A DNA stretch of 63,708 nucleotides, filler included, from Basidiobolus ranarum (lineage: Eukaryota), in the NCBI GenBank assembly GCA_040143965.1. It is 19 parts of 19 records of this genome, joined end to end, with 100 filler letters (N's around TTAATTAATTAA, not from the genome) between each part and the next. Parts side by side here need not be neighbours in the genome. Positions count along the whole stretch, not along the records: positions 60,464 to 63,708 come from JASJQH010002618.1; 18 more parts are not named here. One strand, written 5' to 3'. The notes below the pieces were generated by a model that was not told the origin of the DNA, made no database searches, and saw only the letters and a program-made list of their open reading frames with translations. The first letter of the stretch is position 1, and every line of letters starts with the position of its first letter. The position numbers and the translations under genes are program-made. Shown here in pieces: positions 63,590 through 63,708 of the stretch.

Positions 63590-63708
63590 ATGGCCAGCTA
63601 TACCCAACTTCCTATTGACAACTTCAAGAGCACCCCCCTTGCCAGTTACGTTGATCTTGCCAATTGCAAACTTGGTTCCAAGGTTATCGCCGTCTCCGAT
63701 GAATTCTT
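63590..63708 (+). CDS. DAL2: Allantoicase, 5' fragment
   Basis: MASYTQLP…YVDLANCKLGSKVIAVSDEF(F), the N-terminal allantoicase motif. TATA-like at about 63489. Confidence 0.78.
   Translation, partial: MASYTQLPIDNFKSTPLASYVDLANCKLGSKVIAVSDEF

Overview
This is eukaryotic fungal DNA and not one locus. It holds 19 unrelated contigs of about 3.25 kb, ordered by decreasing length (3271 to 3245 bp) and joined by an artificial 100-nt N44-TTAATTAATTAA-N44 spacer, so adjacency across spacers means nothing. Short GT-AG introns, an EFL GTPase, an ACO2-type aconitase and many secreted subtilisins/lipase suggest an early-diverging fungus (Basidiobolus/Zoopagomycota-like; inference). About half of the contigs are CpG-depleted transposon wreckage: Ty1/copia elements and solo LTRs with 5-bp TSDs, a gypsy integrase, PIF/Harbinger-ISL2EU transposases and CACTA/EnSpm Transposase_21. 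Host genes include a class-3 lipase, a ClpB/Hsp100 tail, a PaaK-like adenylate-forming ligase, three S8 proteases, a frameshifted AlkB-like gene, RPS3 (with a candidate intronic C/D snoRNA), EFL, ACO2 and allantoicase. The most interesting candidate is a spliced, secreted, probably GPI-anchored protein at 47741-48741 that combines a bacterial-type SH3-like domain with a Hedgehog/DD-peptidase (M15-like) zinc module, possibly a surface peptidoglycan hydrolase. All family calls come from motif recognition by eye; no searches were run.
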